DNA of 64,000 bases from Candidatus Levyibacteriota bacterium (GCA_029260965.1 JAJDCG010000001.1:89221-153220); one strand, 5' to 3'. Positions 1 through 10,623 are shown, counted from the stretch's first letter. A program made the numbers and translations. Notes: generated by a model not told the origin, from the letters alone.

Positions 1-1
1 G

Positions 2-1873
2 AAAAAAGTAAAACTAGACAGAAAAACAAAATTAAAAATTACACCTCGTTCAGGTATGCTTTTTATAATTTTTATGGTATTTGTACCTGTTTTCGTATTG
101 ATTTTTGCAATGTTGATTGGCTTTTTTTCAGTAAATATGTCTGCAAAAGTGGGAGAACGAGCCAAATTTCAACTGGCAGAGAATTATGCAGCAACAGCTA
201 GAAGTGCATTTTTAGTATCAGAAGAATTGACAAAAAATTATTTTCTTTTTTATCTACTCGGTTCTGAAAAAAATAGGCTGATTGAAAATCTAACTATTGC
301 TCGTGAGGTTGCTGAGACCGAAGAAGAACTTTTTGCAGCTGCACATAATTTGACTAGGATTTATGCTGGTAAAAGTAAGGAGCCAAAAAAAGATTTTTAT
401 AAAAGTATTACAACTGTTCGAAACTCTCTCTTGAATTTGCAAAAAATAAAAGCAGAGGATAGACTTCCTGGGAACCTGAAAACAAAAATACAGGAGCTTT
501 CATATATGACTTCATTGGTGGGAAATCTTGTTGATACACTACCTATACTTCTGGGTTTCGAAGGTGAAAAAACATACCTTGTTATTTTTCAAAACAACAT
601 GGAAATAAGACCTACGGGTGGATTTATCGGATCATATGCGATTTTATCATTGAATCAAGGCAGGGTGGGCAAGTTTGAAATAATGGATGTTTATGATGCT
701 GATGGCAAGTTGACTACTCATGTGGAGCCACCAATGGAGCTGAGGAGGTATTTGGGATCATCTCATCTCTTTCTAAGAGACAGCAATTATAGCGTTTCAT
801 TTGATTCAAACGCCAGAGCTGCATCTGATCTTTTAGAAAAATCTATTGGAGTCAAGACTGATGGTGTAATTGCGCTGGATACTAATTTTATAAAAGAAAT
901 GTTAAGTGTTTTGGAGGGTGTTGAGGTCCCCGAATATAAAGAAAGCGTTACAGCAGACAATTTTTATCTTCTGACACAAAATCATGCAGAGCGCGATTTT
1001 TTCCCAGGATCTACCCAAAAAAAGGATTTTCTTCGTGCTCTTTCAAGAGCTATTCTTAATGATTTATCCTTGAGAGAAGACCTGCCGTACATAGCGCTGA
1101 TGAATGCTGTCGGTAAGTCTATAAAGGAGAAGCACCTTATGCTTGCAGTGAAAAACGAGTCAATACAGGATGTTTTAAGTGTCAATGAGATGTCCTCATC
1201 TCTAAATGACACCAGGGAAGGAGAAGGAAATATTTTTCTCGACTACTTAGGTGTTGTTGATTCAAATCTTGGACAAAACAAGGTAAATTATTATATAAAA
1301 CGAAAATTTTTGCAGAACTCTGTTCTTGATCAGTCGGGAAATATCAGAACAACTGTTGAGGTGGTCTATGCTAATACAAGTGAAAAGCAAAGCGCATACG
1401 GAGGTGAGTACAAAAACTATGTGCGTTTTTTAATTCCTGTAAATGCATTACTTACCAATATATCGATTGACGATCAAGTTGTCTTGACAACAGTTGCGAT
1501 TACAGACCCGTCTGTTTACACAGCAGAGGCTTTTGTACCACCAGCAGGACTTGAGATCGCAACAAGCATAGTATCTGAAAAAAAAGAAATTGGATTTTTT
1601 GTTACTATTCCTCCCAAATCATCAAAGAAGGTTTCAGTTACATATCTGATTACAGGGGGTGTAAATACAAATAATTCTCAATTTTCCTATGCAACAAGAA
1701 TTTATAAACAGCCAGGTACAGATCAGGATTCGTACAAGTTATTATTTTCATATCCTCCAGATTTTAGGTTAGTTGATCCTGGGGAGGGTATGGTTGATCT
1801 TGGAGGAAAAGTTACTTTTGAGACAAGCCTTACAGAAAATCGCGATATTCAGATTAATTTTGCCCAGAAGTAA
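2..1873 (+). CDS. DUF4012 domain membrane-anchored protein (5' end probably outside window)
   Basis: Frame open from position 2; TM segment, then YLVIFQNNMEIRPTGGFIGSY, RDSNY and KQPG motifs typical of DUF4012 proteins. Confidence 0.85.
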   Translation, partial: KKVKLDRKTKLKITPRSGMLFIIFMVFVPVFVLIFAMLIGFFSVNMSAKVGERAKFQLAENYAATARSAFLVSEELTKNYFLFYLLGSEKNRLIENLTIAREVAETEEELFAAAHNLTRIYAGKSKEPKKDFYKSITTVRNSLLNLQKIKAEDRLPGNLKTKIQELSYMTSLVGNLVDTLPILLGFEGEKTYLVIFQNNMEIRPTGGFIGSYAILSLNQGRVGKFEIMDVYDADGKLTTHVEPPMELRRYLGSSHLFLRDSNYSVSFDSNARAASDLLEKSIGVKTDGVIALDTNFIKEMLSVLEGVEVPEYKESVTADNFYLLTQNHAERDFFPGSTQKKDFLRALSRAILNDLSLREDLPYIALMNAVGKSIKEKHLMLAVKNESIQDVLSVNEMSSSLNDTREGEGNIFLDYLGVVDSNLGQNKVNYYIKRKFLQNSVLDQSGNIRTTVEVVYANTSEKQSAYGGEYKNYVRFLIPVNALLTNISIDDQVVLTTVAITDPSVYTAEAFVPPAGLEIATSIVSEKKEIGFFVTIPPKSSKKVSVTYLITGGVNTNNSQFSYATRIYKQPGTDQDSYKLLFSYPPDFRLVDPGEGMVDLGGKVTFETSLTENRDIQINFAQK

Positions 1874-1875
1874 TA

Positions 1876-2862
1876 TTATTGGTTTTTGAGAGCCTCGCTG
1901 TGTTCTTTTTCAAATTGTTTACTACCAACATCTTTGGTTTGAGATTTAATCGCGTGGATTTTATCCAGTTGATAGACAAGATAACCACCAAGCACCATCA
2001 GGAGGATGGCAGAGAAAAAGTTGAGGTCAATACTTGGTGGTAAGGTGTTTTTTACAATTATTGGTACGATGTTTCCATGGTTGTCAATTTCGGTTTTTAA
2101 GACATCCTGCCATGGCCAAATTTTTCTAATTGAACCGAGCATAAAGCCTGAAAGTATAGCAATAGATATGTCGTGATGGTTTTTAAAAAGCCAGGATAGC
2201 ACTCTTGCGAAAAGCGATATTCCAACGATTGTACCGAGAAAAAAAACACCGAGTGTTAAAAAGTCTTTTCCTGTTACAGCGTATAATACCTGTTGGTATT
2301 TACCTAGAAGAAGAAGAATAAAAGAACCTGAAATTCCAGGAAGAATCATGGCTGTGATGGCTATCATTCCACTTAGGAAAAAAAATGGTAGGGTAGCTGG
2401 TGTTTGACCTGGTACAAGACCTACGATAAGATAGGCAAATACAGCTGATAGAATAAAGCTAATTTTGTCTGATGGATCCCACTTAATAATTCTTTTAAGC
2501 ACTACGAAGACTGAAACAAGAACTAATCCAAAAAAGAATGACCAGATATATACTGGGTACTCAGTGAGGAGAAGTGACAATATGTTTGACAGAGTTAGAA
2601 TAGCTATTAAGAGACCCGTTCCCAAGGGTATTAAGAACTTGAATGGTGTTAGTTTTAGAGCCTCTATTACTTTGCCACGCAGCAGGAGTCTGACTACGTC
2701 GCCTGTGACTGTTTTGATAGAGTAAAGAAGCTCTTCGTAAATTCCTGCCAGAAAAGCAATTGTTCCGCCTGAAACGCCTGGGATCAGGTCTGCTGTTCCC
2801 ATACCAAGTCCTGTTAAAAAAAGCCTAAAGCGATCTTTGAAAGCTTTGGGGAGTTTTATCAT
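1876..2862 (-). CDS. DUF368 family membrane protein (putative undecaprenyl-phosphate translocase)
   Basis: GMGTADLIPGVSGGTIA and AMILPGISGSFILLLLG repeats, multiple TM helices. Confidence 0.9.
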   Translation of the reverse strand: MIKLPKAFKDRFRLFLTGLGMGTADLIPGVSGGTIAFLAGIYEELLYSIKTVTGDVVRLLLRGKVIEALKLTPFKFLIPLGTGLLIAILTLSNILSLLLTEYPVYIWSFFFGLVLVSVFVVLKRIIKWDPSDKISFILSAVFAYLIVGLVPGQTPATLPFFFLSGMIAITAMILPGISGSFILLLLGKYQQVLYAVTGKDFLTLGVFFLGTIVGISLFARVLSWLFKNHHDISIAILSGFMLGSIRKIWPWQDVLKTEIDNHGNIVPIIVKNTLPPSIDLNFFSAILLMVLGGYLVYQLDKIHAIKSQTKDVGSKQFEKEHSEALKNQ

Positions 2863-2883
2863 AAAAGTAATTATAGCAGAAAA

Positions 2884-4053
2884 CTATTGTGAGCTTAGTG
2901 CCTGAATGCCAGGGAGGGTGCCGTTTTCAATGTAGAAAAGCATTGCTCCTCCTCCAGTTGAGATATGGGTTATTTTATCTAGATATTCCTTTTTGGAGAT
3001 AGCAGCCAGAGTATCACCTCCTCCAATTACAGACATTGCTTTCTCGTTTTCTGCAATTGAATAGTAGAGAAAGTCTGTTCCTCTTTTGAAAACTGGATTT
3101 TCCATGTAGCCAACTGGTCCGTTCCAGATAATGGTGCCTGCCTGATCTATAATTTTTCCAAACTCTGCTTCCGTCTCAGGACCGATATCTAGTACTTGGT
3201 TATGTGGTTCTATTTCTTCGATTTTTTTAACCTCGCTGGTTTTTCCATTTTTGTCATTTGCAATAATCGCATCTTTAGGTAATTCAAAACGAGTTTTTTC
3301 TTCGCGTGCCAAAGATAATATTTCTTTTGCGGTTTTTATATCCTGTTCTTCAATTGGCCCATTGTCAAAACTGTGCCCCTCGGCAACCAGGAAAGCGTTA
3401 GCAAGACCTCCTCCAAGAAGAAGGTAGTCAGCAACAGTTACAAGCTTGTTTATAAATTTTATCTTGGTTCTTATTTTTTTCCCTCCGATGATTGCAACAA
3501 ACGGTTTCTTGGGATTTTTCATTACCCGATCAAGGATAGTAATTTCTTTTTTCATGAGTAAGCCTCCGTATGAAGGAAGATGTTTGGGAATTCCAACAAC
3601 TGATGCGTGCTCACGGTGACTGACACCAAAGGCATCGTTTACATAGACATCACCAAGTGTTGACAGTTCTTTGGCAAATTCAGGATCGTTTTTGGTTTCG
3701 CCTGGATAAAACCTGATGTTCTCAAGGAGTACAATGTCGTGATTATTTTTTGTTAGTCCTTCTGGGTTTTTCAAAAAATCTTTTACAAAGACTATTTTCT
3801 TATCAGGAAGGTACTCTGCAAGCCTGTTCTTGACTCTTATGAGAGAGTCATCAGAATTTCTTTTTTCAGGTTCAGATAGATGTGCAATAATCACGAGCTT
3901 GTTGTGGTTTTTGAGAAGGTATTTGATAGTAGGAAGAGATTGTTTAATTCTCTGATCATCTGCAATTGAGAGGTTAGGGTTAAGCGAGACATTAAAGTCC
4001 ACCCTTAGAAGAACAGTTTTATTTTTTATTTCAACTTCATCAACAAATTTCAT
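2884..4053 (-). CDS. pgk: Phosphoglycerate kinase
   Basis: LLRVDFNV, LLENIRF, YVNDAFG, WNGPVG, GGGDT, HISTGGGA motifs. Confidence 0.97.
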   Translation of the reverse strand: MKFVDEVEIKNKTVLLRVDFNVSLNPNLSIADDQRIKQSLPTIKYLLKNHNKLVIIAHLSEPEKRNSDDSLIRVKNRLAEYLPDKKIVFVKDFLKNPEGLTKNNHDIVLLENIRFYPGETKNDPEFAKELSTLGDVYVNDAFGVSHREHASVVGIPKHLPSYGGLLMKKEITILDRVMKNPKKPFVAIIGGKKIRTKIKFINKLVTVADYLLLGGGLANAFLVAEGHSFDNGPIEEQDIKTAKEILSLAREEKTRFELPKDAIIANDKNGKTSEVKKIEEIEPHNQVLDIGPETEAEFGKIIDQAGTIIWNGPVGYMENPVFKRGTDFLYYSIAENEKAMSVIGGGDTLAAISKKEYLDKITHISTGGGAMLFYIENGTLPGIQALSSQ

Positions 4054-4115
4054 GGGGTGTGACTTGAGTATAACACAGAGTTTTGAAATAATTTAAATTA
4101 AGTTAATATAAGATT

Positions 4116-4832
4116 GTGAATCAGAACGGAAAGTTGCTACAGCTAAAAAAAGAAATAAAATCTTTTGGGAGTGCTGAGAAGGCGGAGTTTGCCAAGAGAT
4201 TTTTTAAATCAGGCAAGGGCGAGTATGGCGAGGGTGATATATTCCTCGGGCTTACCGTTCCCGAGCAGAGAAAGATCGCATCAGGTTATACTGATCTGAG
4301 TCTACCTGACCTGCAAAAGCTTCTAGATGATAGGATTCATGAGTACCGATTTGTTGCGCTGGTGATCCTAATGCACAAATATAAAAAAGCTGATAAAGAG
4401 GGCAAGAAAGAAATCTTTGATTTTTATATAAAGAATACATTGCAAGTGAATAATTGGGATTTGGTTGATGTTTCAGCACCTGGTATAGTTGGAGATTATT
4501 TATCTGACAAAGATAAAAAAATTCTTTATAGACTTGCTCGATCAAAAAATCACTGGGAAAGGAGAATTGCTATAGTCGCTACTTTCGCCTTTATCCGCAA
4601 AAATGAATTTGGGAATACTCTCGCGATTGCAGAGATATTGCTGAGTGATATGCATGATCTCATCCACAAAGCTGTTGGCTGGATGCTGCGGGAGGTTGGG
4701 ATAAGAGACGTTGGAGCACTCTACAAGTTTTTGGATAAGCATTGTAAAGTCATGCCTCGCACTACGCTCCGCTACTCGCTTGAGAAATTTGAAAAAAAGA
4801 AAAAAGAATTTTATATGGGGGGGAAAGGTTGA
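4116..4832 (+). CDS. DNA alkylation repair protein (AlkD-like HEAT-repeat glycosylase)
   Basis: FFKSGKGEYGEGD, NNWDLVD, HDLIHKAVGWMLRE, MPRTTLRY motifs; GTG start. Confidence 0.9.
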   Translation: MNQNGKLLQLKKEIKSFGSAEKAEFAKRFFKSGKGEYGEGDIFLGLTVPEQRKIASGYTDLSLPDLQKLLDDRIHEYRFVALVILMHKYKKADKEGKKEIFDFYIKNTLQVNNWDLVDVSAPGIVGDYLSDKDKKILYRLARSKNHWERRIAIVATFAFIRKNEFGNTLAIAEILLSDMHDLIHKAVGWMLREVGIRDVGALYKFLDKHCKVMPRTTLRYSLEKFEKKKKEFYMGGKG

Positions 4833-4854
4833 ATTTTTATAGTATAATTAAATT

Positions 4855-5343
4855 ATGAACCTTGGAAAGATTGATTTTAAAAAGGATATTGAAGCAGTAC
4901 ATTTGGTTATTGCAAAAGCTTTTTCAGATACCCCAGACATGAATTTGGATATATGGTTTTCTTTTTCAGAAATGAGTAAAATTATTTTAGAAGGTAGAGG
5001 AGTTTGCTTAAAAGCTATTTCTGAAAATAAGATTGTAGGTATGATTTTTGCCAAGCAGGAGAGTCCCGTAAACGGAAAAGAAGGATTAGAGAAATGGGTA
5101 ATTGTTGTGATAGCAGTAGATCCAGATATGGCCGATAAGGGTGTTGGTTCGCTTTTACTAGCTGAGGTTGAAAAAGAGGCTCAGGATATGGGTGCTTTAA
5201 AGATGTTTGTTTATACCAATTTTGATGACGAACGAGTGATCCATTTTTATAAGAAGAATAATTATCAAGATGCTGGATATATAAAGGATTATCAATACGG
5301 TAAAGATAATTCTGCTGTCTTTCTTCTTAAATATTTAAAATAG
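4855..5343 (+). CDS. GNAT family N-acetyltransferase
   Basis: IAVDP..KGVGSLLL acetyl-CoA motif and FYKKNNY. Confidence 0.85.
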   Translation: MNLGKIDFKKDIEAVHLVIAKAFSDTPDMNLDIWFSFSEMSKIILEGRGVCLKAISENKIVGMIFAKQESPVNGKEGLEKWVIVVIAVDPDMADKGVGSLLLAEVEKEAQDMGALKMFVYTNFDDERVIHFYKKNNYQDAGYIKDYQYGKDNSAVFLLKYLK

Positions 5344-5440
5344 TGAATCTTACCACAAAGAAGATTCGATTTTGATTTTGTCAGATTTCTAAAATGATTT
5401 CTATTATATCTTAAGAAAATGACCAGAGATAATTAGCCTA

Positions 5441-6358
5441 CTACCTTGCTAGGTTTGATCTTAATTGATCGAAGATTTGTGGTATACTTTGCAATCTTTC
5501 TTCAACTATATTTTTCTCCGCGCAAGCTGTCTCCAGCGCGATCCTGTCATCTGCAGAAAGAACAGTCACAGTAGTTGTTTTTGAGAACATAATAGCTGAT
5601 TCATTTTCCATGTGTGGTATACCAATGGCGTGGCCAAATTCGTGTGCGAGGGTGTGCACTAGTTCTTCCCGGGAGGTGTCAAAGTAAATATTGATAGTTT
5701 CTTTACCTCCAGAGTACACATATTCTCCTTGTTCAGGTTTATATTTAAGCTCCTCGTTAAAATTTCTTATTGTTTGATTAAGCTCTCCCACCTGCTGGTT
5801 ATAGATATCAGTTGATTGATTAAGAGATGCTGCCTCAGATTTTAAGGATTCTGCCTCGGATTGTACTGACTTTTGTCTCTGGATTAAACTCTCATATTCA
5901 TCAGGTGGTGCGCCTCCTCTCTCATTCCAGTACTGTATATCTTCATTTAACTTTTTAACTATTATCTGAAATTCCTGCGCGCGCCTGTTGTAGTCTGCGA
6001 TTTTGGTATCCAGCTCGCCTTGCTCTGATTTTACCTGAGTATCCAGTTCGTTGATCTGACTGTTGAGAAATTGTCTTTGATCATAGACCAGATTTATCTC
6101 AATATCACCTTGGGGATCGTATTCAAATAATGTTGACGGATACTCAGAATTCCAAATTTGGGCTGCTTCATCAACATAAGAAAGGAATTGGGATTCAGAC
6201 ATATTATAGCGGTTATCAATTGATCCTATTTTGTATGTTTTTGGATTTTTACAGGATGATTGATAGACTAGATCGCGCGCAGCGTTTGAAATATATGGCG
6301 TGCTGAAAGCTCCAAAGCTCAAGGTGAGAATTGCTATAAAAATCAATATTTTTTTCAT
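5441..6358 (-). CDS. Secreted matrixin/M10-like zinc metalloprotease with coiled-coil insert
   Basis: Signal peptide; HEFGHAIGIPH zinc motif and SAIM Met-turn. Confidence 0.85.
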   Translation of the reverse strand: MKKILIFIAILTLSFGAFSTPYISNAARDLVYQSSCKNPKTYKIGSIDNRYNMSESQFLSYVDEAAQIWNSEYPSTLFEYDPQGDIEINLVYDQRQFLNSQINELDTQVKSEQGELDTKIADYNRRAQEFQIIVKKLNEDIQYWNERGGAPPDEYESLIQRQKSVQSEAESLKSEAASLNQSTDIYNQQVGELNQTIRNFNEELKYKPEQGEYVYSGGKETINIYFDTSREELVHTLAHEFGHAIGIPHMENESAIMFSKTTTVTVLSADDRIALETACAEKNIVEERLQSIPQIFDQLRSNLAR

Positions 6359-6361
6359 AGG

Positions 6362-6916
6362 TTATCTTAAATTTTTACCTGCCCAGCCAATTTTTTTATT
6401 TTTTTTAGTTTTTTCAATAAAGTTATTTAGTCTTTTTATGAAATCATCTGGTCTGGATCGGGCAGCTTCAATAAATCCTAGTCTAATATTTTGATATGAT
6501 TTTGGAAAGTTTTGAAAATTTGTCCAAACAAGTTCGTCTTTTTTAAGCTCTTTGAGTATATCAGGTGATATCCCTTGTTCTTTTATAGGTGTGTAGTATT
6601 TTAGGCCTGCTGGGGTCATCAAATTCTCTCTAATGAGCTTCTTCATCCGTTCTATATTAAGTACAGACCAGTTGCTTTTTGCACGCCTGATAGAAAATCG
6701 TTGAGCATAAGTCTCATCATCAATTCCTTTGACTGTGCTGTCAATCCAGCCATAGCAAAGAGCCTCCTCTACAGCGTCATCATAAGTAATTCGAGGCTTG
6801 CCCGATGCTTTTTTATAATAAATCAGCCAGATTTCTTTTTCTTTATTATGGTTATTGGAGAGCCAAGCGCGCCAGGCTTTTCGCGTTTTAACATAAAGTG
6901 TTTTGCCAATCTGCAT
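6362..6916 (-). CDS. YdeI/OmpD-associated family protein
   Basis: WRAWL, AVEEALCYGWIDS, SNWS..N motifs. Confidence 0.9.
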   Translation of the reverse strand: MQIGKTLYVKTRKAWRAWLSNNHNKEKEIWLIYYKKASGKPRITYDDAVEEALCYGWIDSTVKGIDDETYAQRFSIRRAKSNWSVLNIERMKKLIRENLMTPAGLKYYTPIKEQGISPDILKELKKDELVWTNFQNFPKSYQNIRLGFIEAARSRPDDFIKRLNNFIEKTKKNKKIGWAGKNLR

Positions 6917-7004
6917 TAGTTTATTTTACCCCCACATCATAAATCGGTCAATTAGGGCGAGCTAGTAGGAAGTCTGATTGTGTTTATGGTATAATCCCGT
7001 GGCA

Positions 7005-7769
7005 ATGACTGAAAGGCGGACAGGCAGAGAGGCTGAGGGGGGCAATGTAGATCTCCGGGCACAACTTAGAGAATTTGCGGGTATTCGAGATGGCAAGGAG
7101 AGGGAGGTGGCTCTGATCCGCTTGGCTAGGAATATGAGATCCGCAAACATAAAAGAGATTGATGCTTTAATTCCTCCTGAATGGGCCAAAATACAAAAAC
7201 ACCTTGAGAAGAAGGTTGACCACACACTTATAACCCTTATAAAGCTTTATGCTAGTTCAGAACCCCGACAGATTTGGACAGGAAAGGCAGCTGTTGCAGT
7301 CTTATCCCGAGAGGGAGAAGTTTTAGGCCTGACACATAGAGAACACAGTGAAGAAGAAGATGATGGACGGGTCGCTGCAATGGGAGAGGCTATCGTGAGG
7401 GCAGCAACAACCCTTCATTTTGAGCAACTGCAGAGAAGTGGAGGTTTGGCTAGTAGAGATAATTACAAAGAATTAAAGCGTATAGAAAAAAGATACGGAG
7501 TAAGGTTGTCATCAGGATCAGCGGATAATTCTATTAATTATGATAACAGATTTATATATGTCGCAGGTGCAAGCACGGGTGTAAGACCTGGGTTTTTAGA
7601 CCCCTTTTCCAAGTCTCCTATAAAGCGTAATGAGACAAAACAGGAATTTTTTGATAAAGTTTTTTCCGATAGAGTTTTGTGGCTATATGTATATCCGTTA
7701 AGAGATCATGGTCCGATCGTTTTGGGTCCATATTCAACCTCAAAAAGAAAACCTCTTGACAAAAATTAG
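7005..7769 (+). CDS. Hypothetical protein
   Basis: Long ORF; ATG at 7005 follows a TATAAT box; no recognised motif. Confidence 0.7.
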   Translation: MTERRTGREAEGGNVDLRAQLREFAGIRDGKEREVALIRLARNMRSANIKEIDALIPPEWAKIQKHLEKKVDHTLITLIKLYASSEPRQIWTGKAAVAVLSREGEVLGLTHREHSEEEDDGRVAAMGEAIVRAATTLHFEQLQRSGGLASRDNYKELKRIEKRYGVRLSSGSADNSINYDNRFIYVAGASTGVRPGFLDPFSKSPIKRNETKQEFFDKVFSDRVLWLYVYPLRDHGPIVLGPYSTSKRKPLDKN

Positions 7770-7792
7770 CAGTCGTTGTATATTAGTGCTAA
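7756..7792 (+). promoter_or_regulatory. Sigma70 promoter overlapped by a CIRCE (HrcA operator)
   Basis: TTGACA(7756)-N17-TATATT(7779); TTAGCAGTC-N9-TAGTGCTAA (7766-7792) versus consensus TTAGCACTC-N9-GAGTGCTAA, upstream of hsp20. Confidence 0.85.
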
Positions 7793-7811
7793 TAGGAAGG
7801 AGGTGAAGAAG

Positions 7812-8243
7812 ATGGCATACGATTTGATTCCAAATAGATTTTTATCATTTCCGGGAAATTCGTTATCGTCTATTTTTGATGACGATGAGTTCTTTAATTC
7901 TCCTGTAAGCCAAAATGGTCTTTCTATCTCAGAGGATGAGAAAAAAGTCTATGTAGAAGCTGCAATACCAGGTGTGAATCCTGATAATGTAGAGGTTACA
8001 TTTCATGACGGATACCTCTGGATAAGAGGTGAACAAAAAAAAGAGGAAAAAGATAAAAAGAGAAAGTTCTACAGGCAGGCTGCTACATCTTTCTCATACA
8101 GAGTCGCCGTACCAGGTGAGATAGATCAAAATACAGAGCCTGAGGCTCACTACAAGCACGGTGTGATGAAGGTGCAATTTGCTAAATCTCCCAAAGTTGA
8201 GCCCAAAAAAATTAAAGTCAACGTTGAGAAGCAAGATAAATAA
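7812..8243 (+). CDS. Hsp20/alpha-crystallin small heat-shock protein
   Basis: ISEDEKKVYVEAAIPG and AHYKHGVMKV motifs; strong AGGAGGTG SD. Confidence 0.93.
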   Translation: MAYDLIPNRFLSFPGNSLSSIFDDDEFFNSPVSQNGLSISEDEKKVYVEAAIPGVNPDNVEVTFHDGYLWIRGEQKKEEKDKKRKFYRQAATSFSYRVAVPGEIDQNTEPEAHYKHGVMKVQFAKSPKVEPKKIKVNVEKQDK

Positions 8244-8269
8244 TTGGAGTTGACAAGGTGAGTATTTAA

Positions 8270-8300
8270 CAAAGCTCCGCCTCATGAGGCGGAGCTTTTT
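8270..8300 (+). terminator. Intrinsic terminator
   Basis: aaagctccgcctc-at-gaggcggagcttttt inverted repeat with T tract after hsp20. Confidence 0.85.
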
Positions 8301-8334
8301 CATGATGTCTAACCCTGTGTTATAATTAGGCTCA

Positions 8335-10521
8335 ATGGACAAGGCATACGATCATAAGAAGTTTGAGGATGATTTATATAATTTTTGGGAGAAAAATGGT
8401 TATTTCAAGCCTGAGATAAATCCTGACGGAAAACCATATTCTATTGTTCTCCCTCCTCCAAATGTAACAGGTACGCTTCATATCGGTCATGCATTTGAAG
8501 GAACGCTTCAGGATATTGCTATTAGATATCATCGCATGCGTGGAGATAAGACCGTTTGGATTCCGGGTACAGATCATGCAGCAATTGCGACTCAGTCAAA
8601 ATTTGAAAAAGAGCTATATAAAAAGCATAAAAAATCAAGGCATGATTTTCCCCGCGAGAAATTCTTTGAGATGGTTAATGAGTTTGCAGTTTCCAATCAG
8701 GATAGAATCTTGGGACAGCTTCATAAAATAGGCTTCTCACTTGACTGGGAGAGGCTTTCTTTTACTTTAGATGAAAAGCGTGAGCTTGCAGTGCGGACTG
8801 CTTTTGAGAAGATGTACAAGGCAGGACTTATTTATAGGGGCGATCGGATAGTTAATTGGGATCCGAAAAGTCAGACAACTGTTGCGGATGATGAGATAGA
8901 GCATGTTAGTCAAAAAGATCCATTTTATTATTTCAAATATGGTCCTTTTATAATTGGAACAGTCAGACCTGAGACAAAATTTGGCGATAAATATGTGGTC
9001 ATGCACCCGAGGGACAAGAGATACAAGGATTATAAACATGGACAAAAAATTGACCTTGAATGGATAAACGGGCCAATGACAGCAACTGTTATTAAGGACG
9101 TGGCTGCGGATATGGATAAAGGATCTGGTGTTATGACGATCACCCCTGCGCACTCTGCAATTGATTTTGAAATAGCTCAAAGACATGGACTTGATATTGA
9201 AAAAGTGATTGATGATAGGGGCATACTTCTTCCAATTGCAGGGGAATTTGAGGGGCAACATATTAAAAAAGCGAGAGCATTGATAGTTGAGAAACTGAGA
9301 AAAAAAGGTCTTGTAGATAGGATAGATGAAAATTATGAGCATAATGTTTCGACAAATTATCGAGGCAACGGTATGATCGAGCCTCAGATTAAAAGACAAT
9401 GGTTTGTTGCTGTTAATAAAGAATTCCGCATTGAAAATTCGAAAATTCCAGGTATCAAATCAGGTTCAGAGGTTACACTTAAGCAAATTATGAAAAAGTC
9501 AGTTGAGGCAGGAGGCGTAAAAATCAAGCCTTTAAGGTTTGAAAAAATCTATTATCACTGGATTGATAATCTCAGAGATTGGTGTATTTCAAGACAAATT
9601 ATATATGGACACCAAATTCCTGTTTGGTACAGAAATGATGATATGTACGTTGGGCTTAAGGCACCCGAGGGAGATGGATGGAAACAGGATACAGACACCC
9701 TTGATACTTGGTTTTCCAGTGGTCTTTGGACTTTCTCAACTCTTGGTTGGCCTGAAAAAACACCAGATCTTAAAACATTTCATCCAAACTCCAATATGAT
9801 GCCAGGATATGAGATTCTTTTTTTCTGGGTTGCTCGCATGATTTTAATGAGCGGATTTTTATTGGGCGAGGTTCCTTTTAGTCGAGTTTATTTACATGGC
9901 ATTGTCCGTGACAAACAGGGAAGAAAGTTTAGTAAATCTTTAAACAATGGCATTGATCCTTTGGAGATGGTTGATAAATACGGAACCGACGCGCTTAGAA
10001 TTGCCCTTATTTTTGGTGCGGGAATTGGAAATGACGTGATGTTTGATGAGCAAAAAGTGAAGGGCATGAAGCATTTTGCCAATAAACTTTGGAATATAGC
10101 GCGGTTTATTGAAGTGAATAAGCAAAAAGCAAAAAGCAGTATGCAAAAAGCAAAAAAAATTGAGGATTTAGAAAAGATTGCAGACAATAAAATTGATAAA
10201 GAGTGGGTGAAAAAAACAGTAAATTTGATAGAAGAAGTCACAAAAAGTTTGGATAATTATAAATTTAATTTAGCTGCAGAAAGGCTTTATGAATTTATAT
10301 GGCATGAGTTTGCGGATGTTTATATAGAAGATGTTAAAAGTAGAATTGATGAAAACTCATTCTCTGTTCTCTGTTCTCTGTTTTCTGTTCAGCTAAAACT
10401 CCTTCATCCCTTCATGCCTTTTGTAACTGAGGCTATTTATCAGGAATTTCGAAAAAACGGGATCTTGACTGAGGGGAAAGAATCGATAATGATTGAGAAA
10501 TACCCTATGCTGAAATTCTAA
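8335..10521 (+). CDS. valS: Valine--tRNA ligase (short form without C-terminal coiled-coil arm)
   Basis: PPPNVTGTLHIGH, DWCISRQ, DTLDTWFSS, KFSKS motifs. Confidence 0.97.
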   Translation: MDKAYDHKKFEDDLYNFWEKNGYFKPEINPDGKPYSIVLPPPNVTGTLHIGHAFEGTLQDIAIRYHRMRGDKTVWIPGTDHAAIATQSKFEKELYKKHKKSRHDFPREKFFEMVNEFAVSNQDRILGQLHKIGFSLDWERLSFTLDEKRELAVRTAFEKMYKAGLIYRGDRIVNWDPKSQTTVADDEIEHVSQKDPFYYFKYGPFIIGTVRPETKFGDKYVVMHPRDKRYKDYKHGQKIDLEWINGPMTATVIKDVAADMDKGSGVMTITPAHSAIDFEIAQRHGLDIEKVIDDRGILLPIAGEFEGQHIKKARALIVEKLRKKGLVDRIDENYEHNVSTNYRGNGMIEPQIKRQWFVAVNKEFRIENSKIPGIKSGSEVTLKQIMKKSVEAGGVKIKPLRFEKIYYHWIDNLRDWCISRQIIYGHQIPVWYRNDDMYVGLKAPEGDGWKQDTDTLDTWFSSGLWTFSTLGWPEKTPDLKTFHPNSNMMPGYEILFFWVARMILMSGFLLGEVPFSRVYLHGIVRDKQGRKFSKSLNNGIDPLEMVDKYGTDALRIALIFGAGIGNDVMFDEQKVKGMKHFANKLWNIARFIEVNKQKAKSSMQKAKKIEDLEKIADNKIDKEWVKKTVNLIEEVTKSLDNYKFNLAAERLYEFIWHEFADVYIEDVKSRIDENSFSVLCSLFSVQLKLLHPFMPFVTEAIYQEFRKNGILTEGKESIMIEKYPMLKF

Positions 10522-10623
10522 TATCTAATTTCTAATATCTAAAAAACATTAAAATTATTGTTTCGAAAATAGATACTCAATACAAGTTGTTATTTTTACC
10601 AATTTGAATTATATTAGTAGGCA

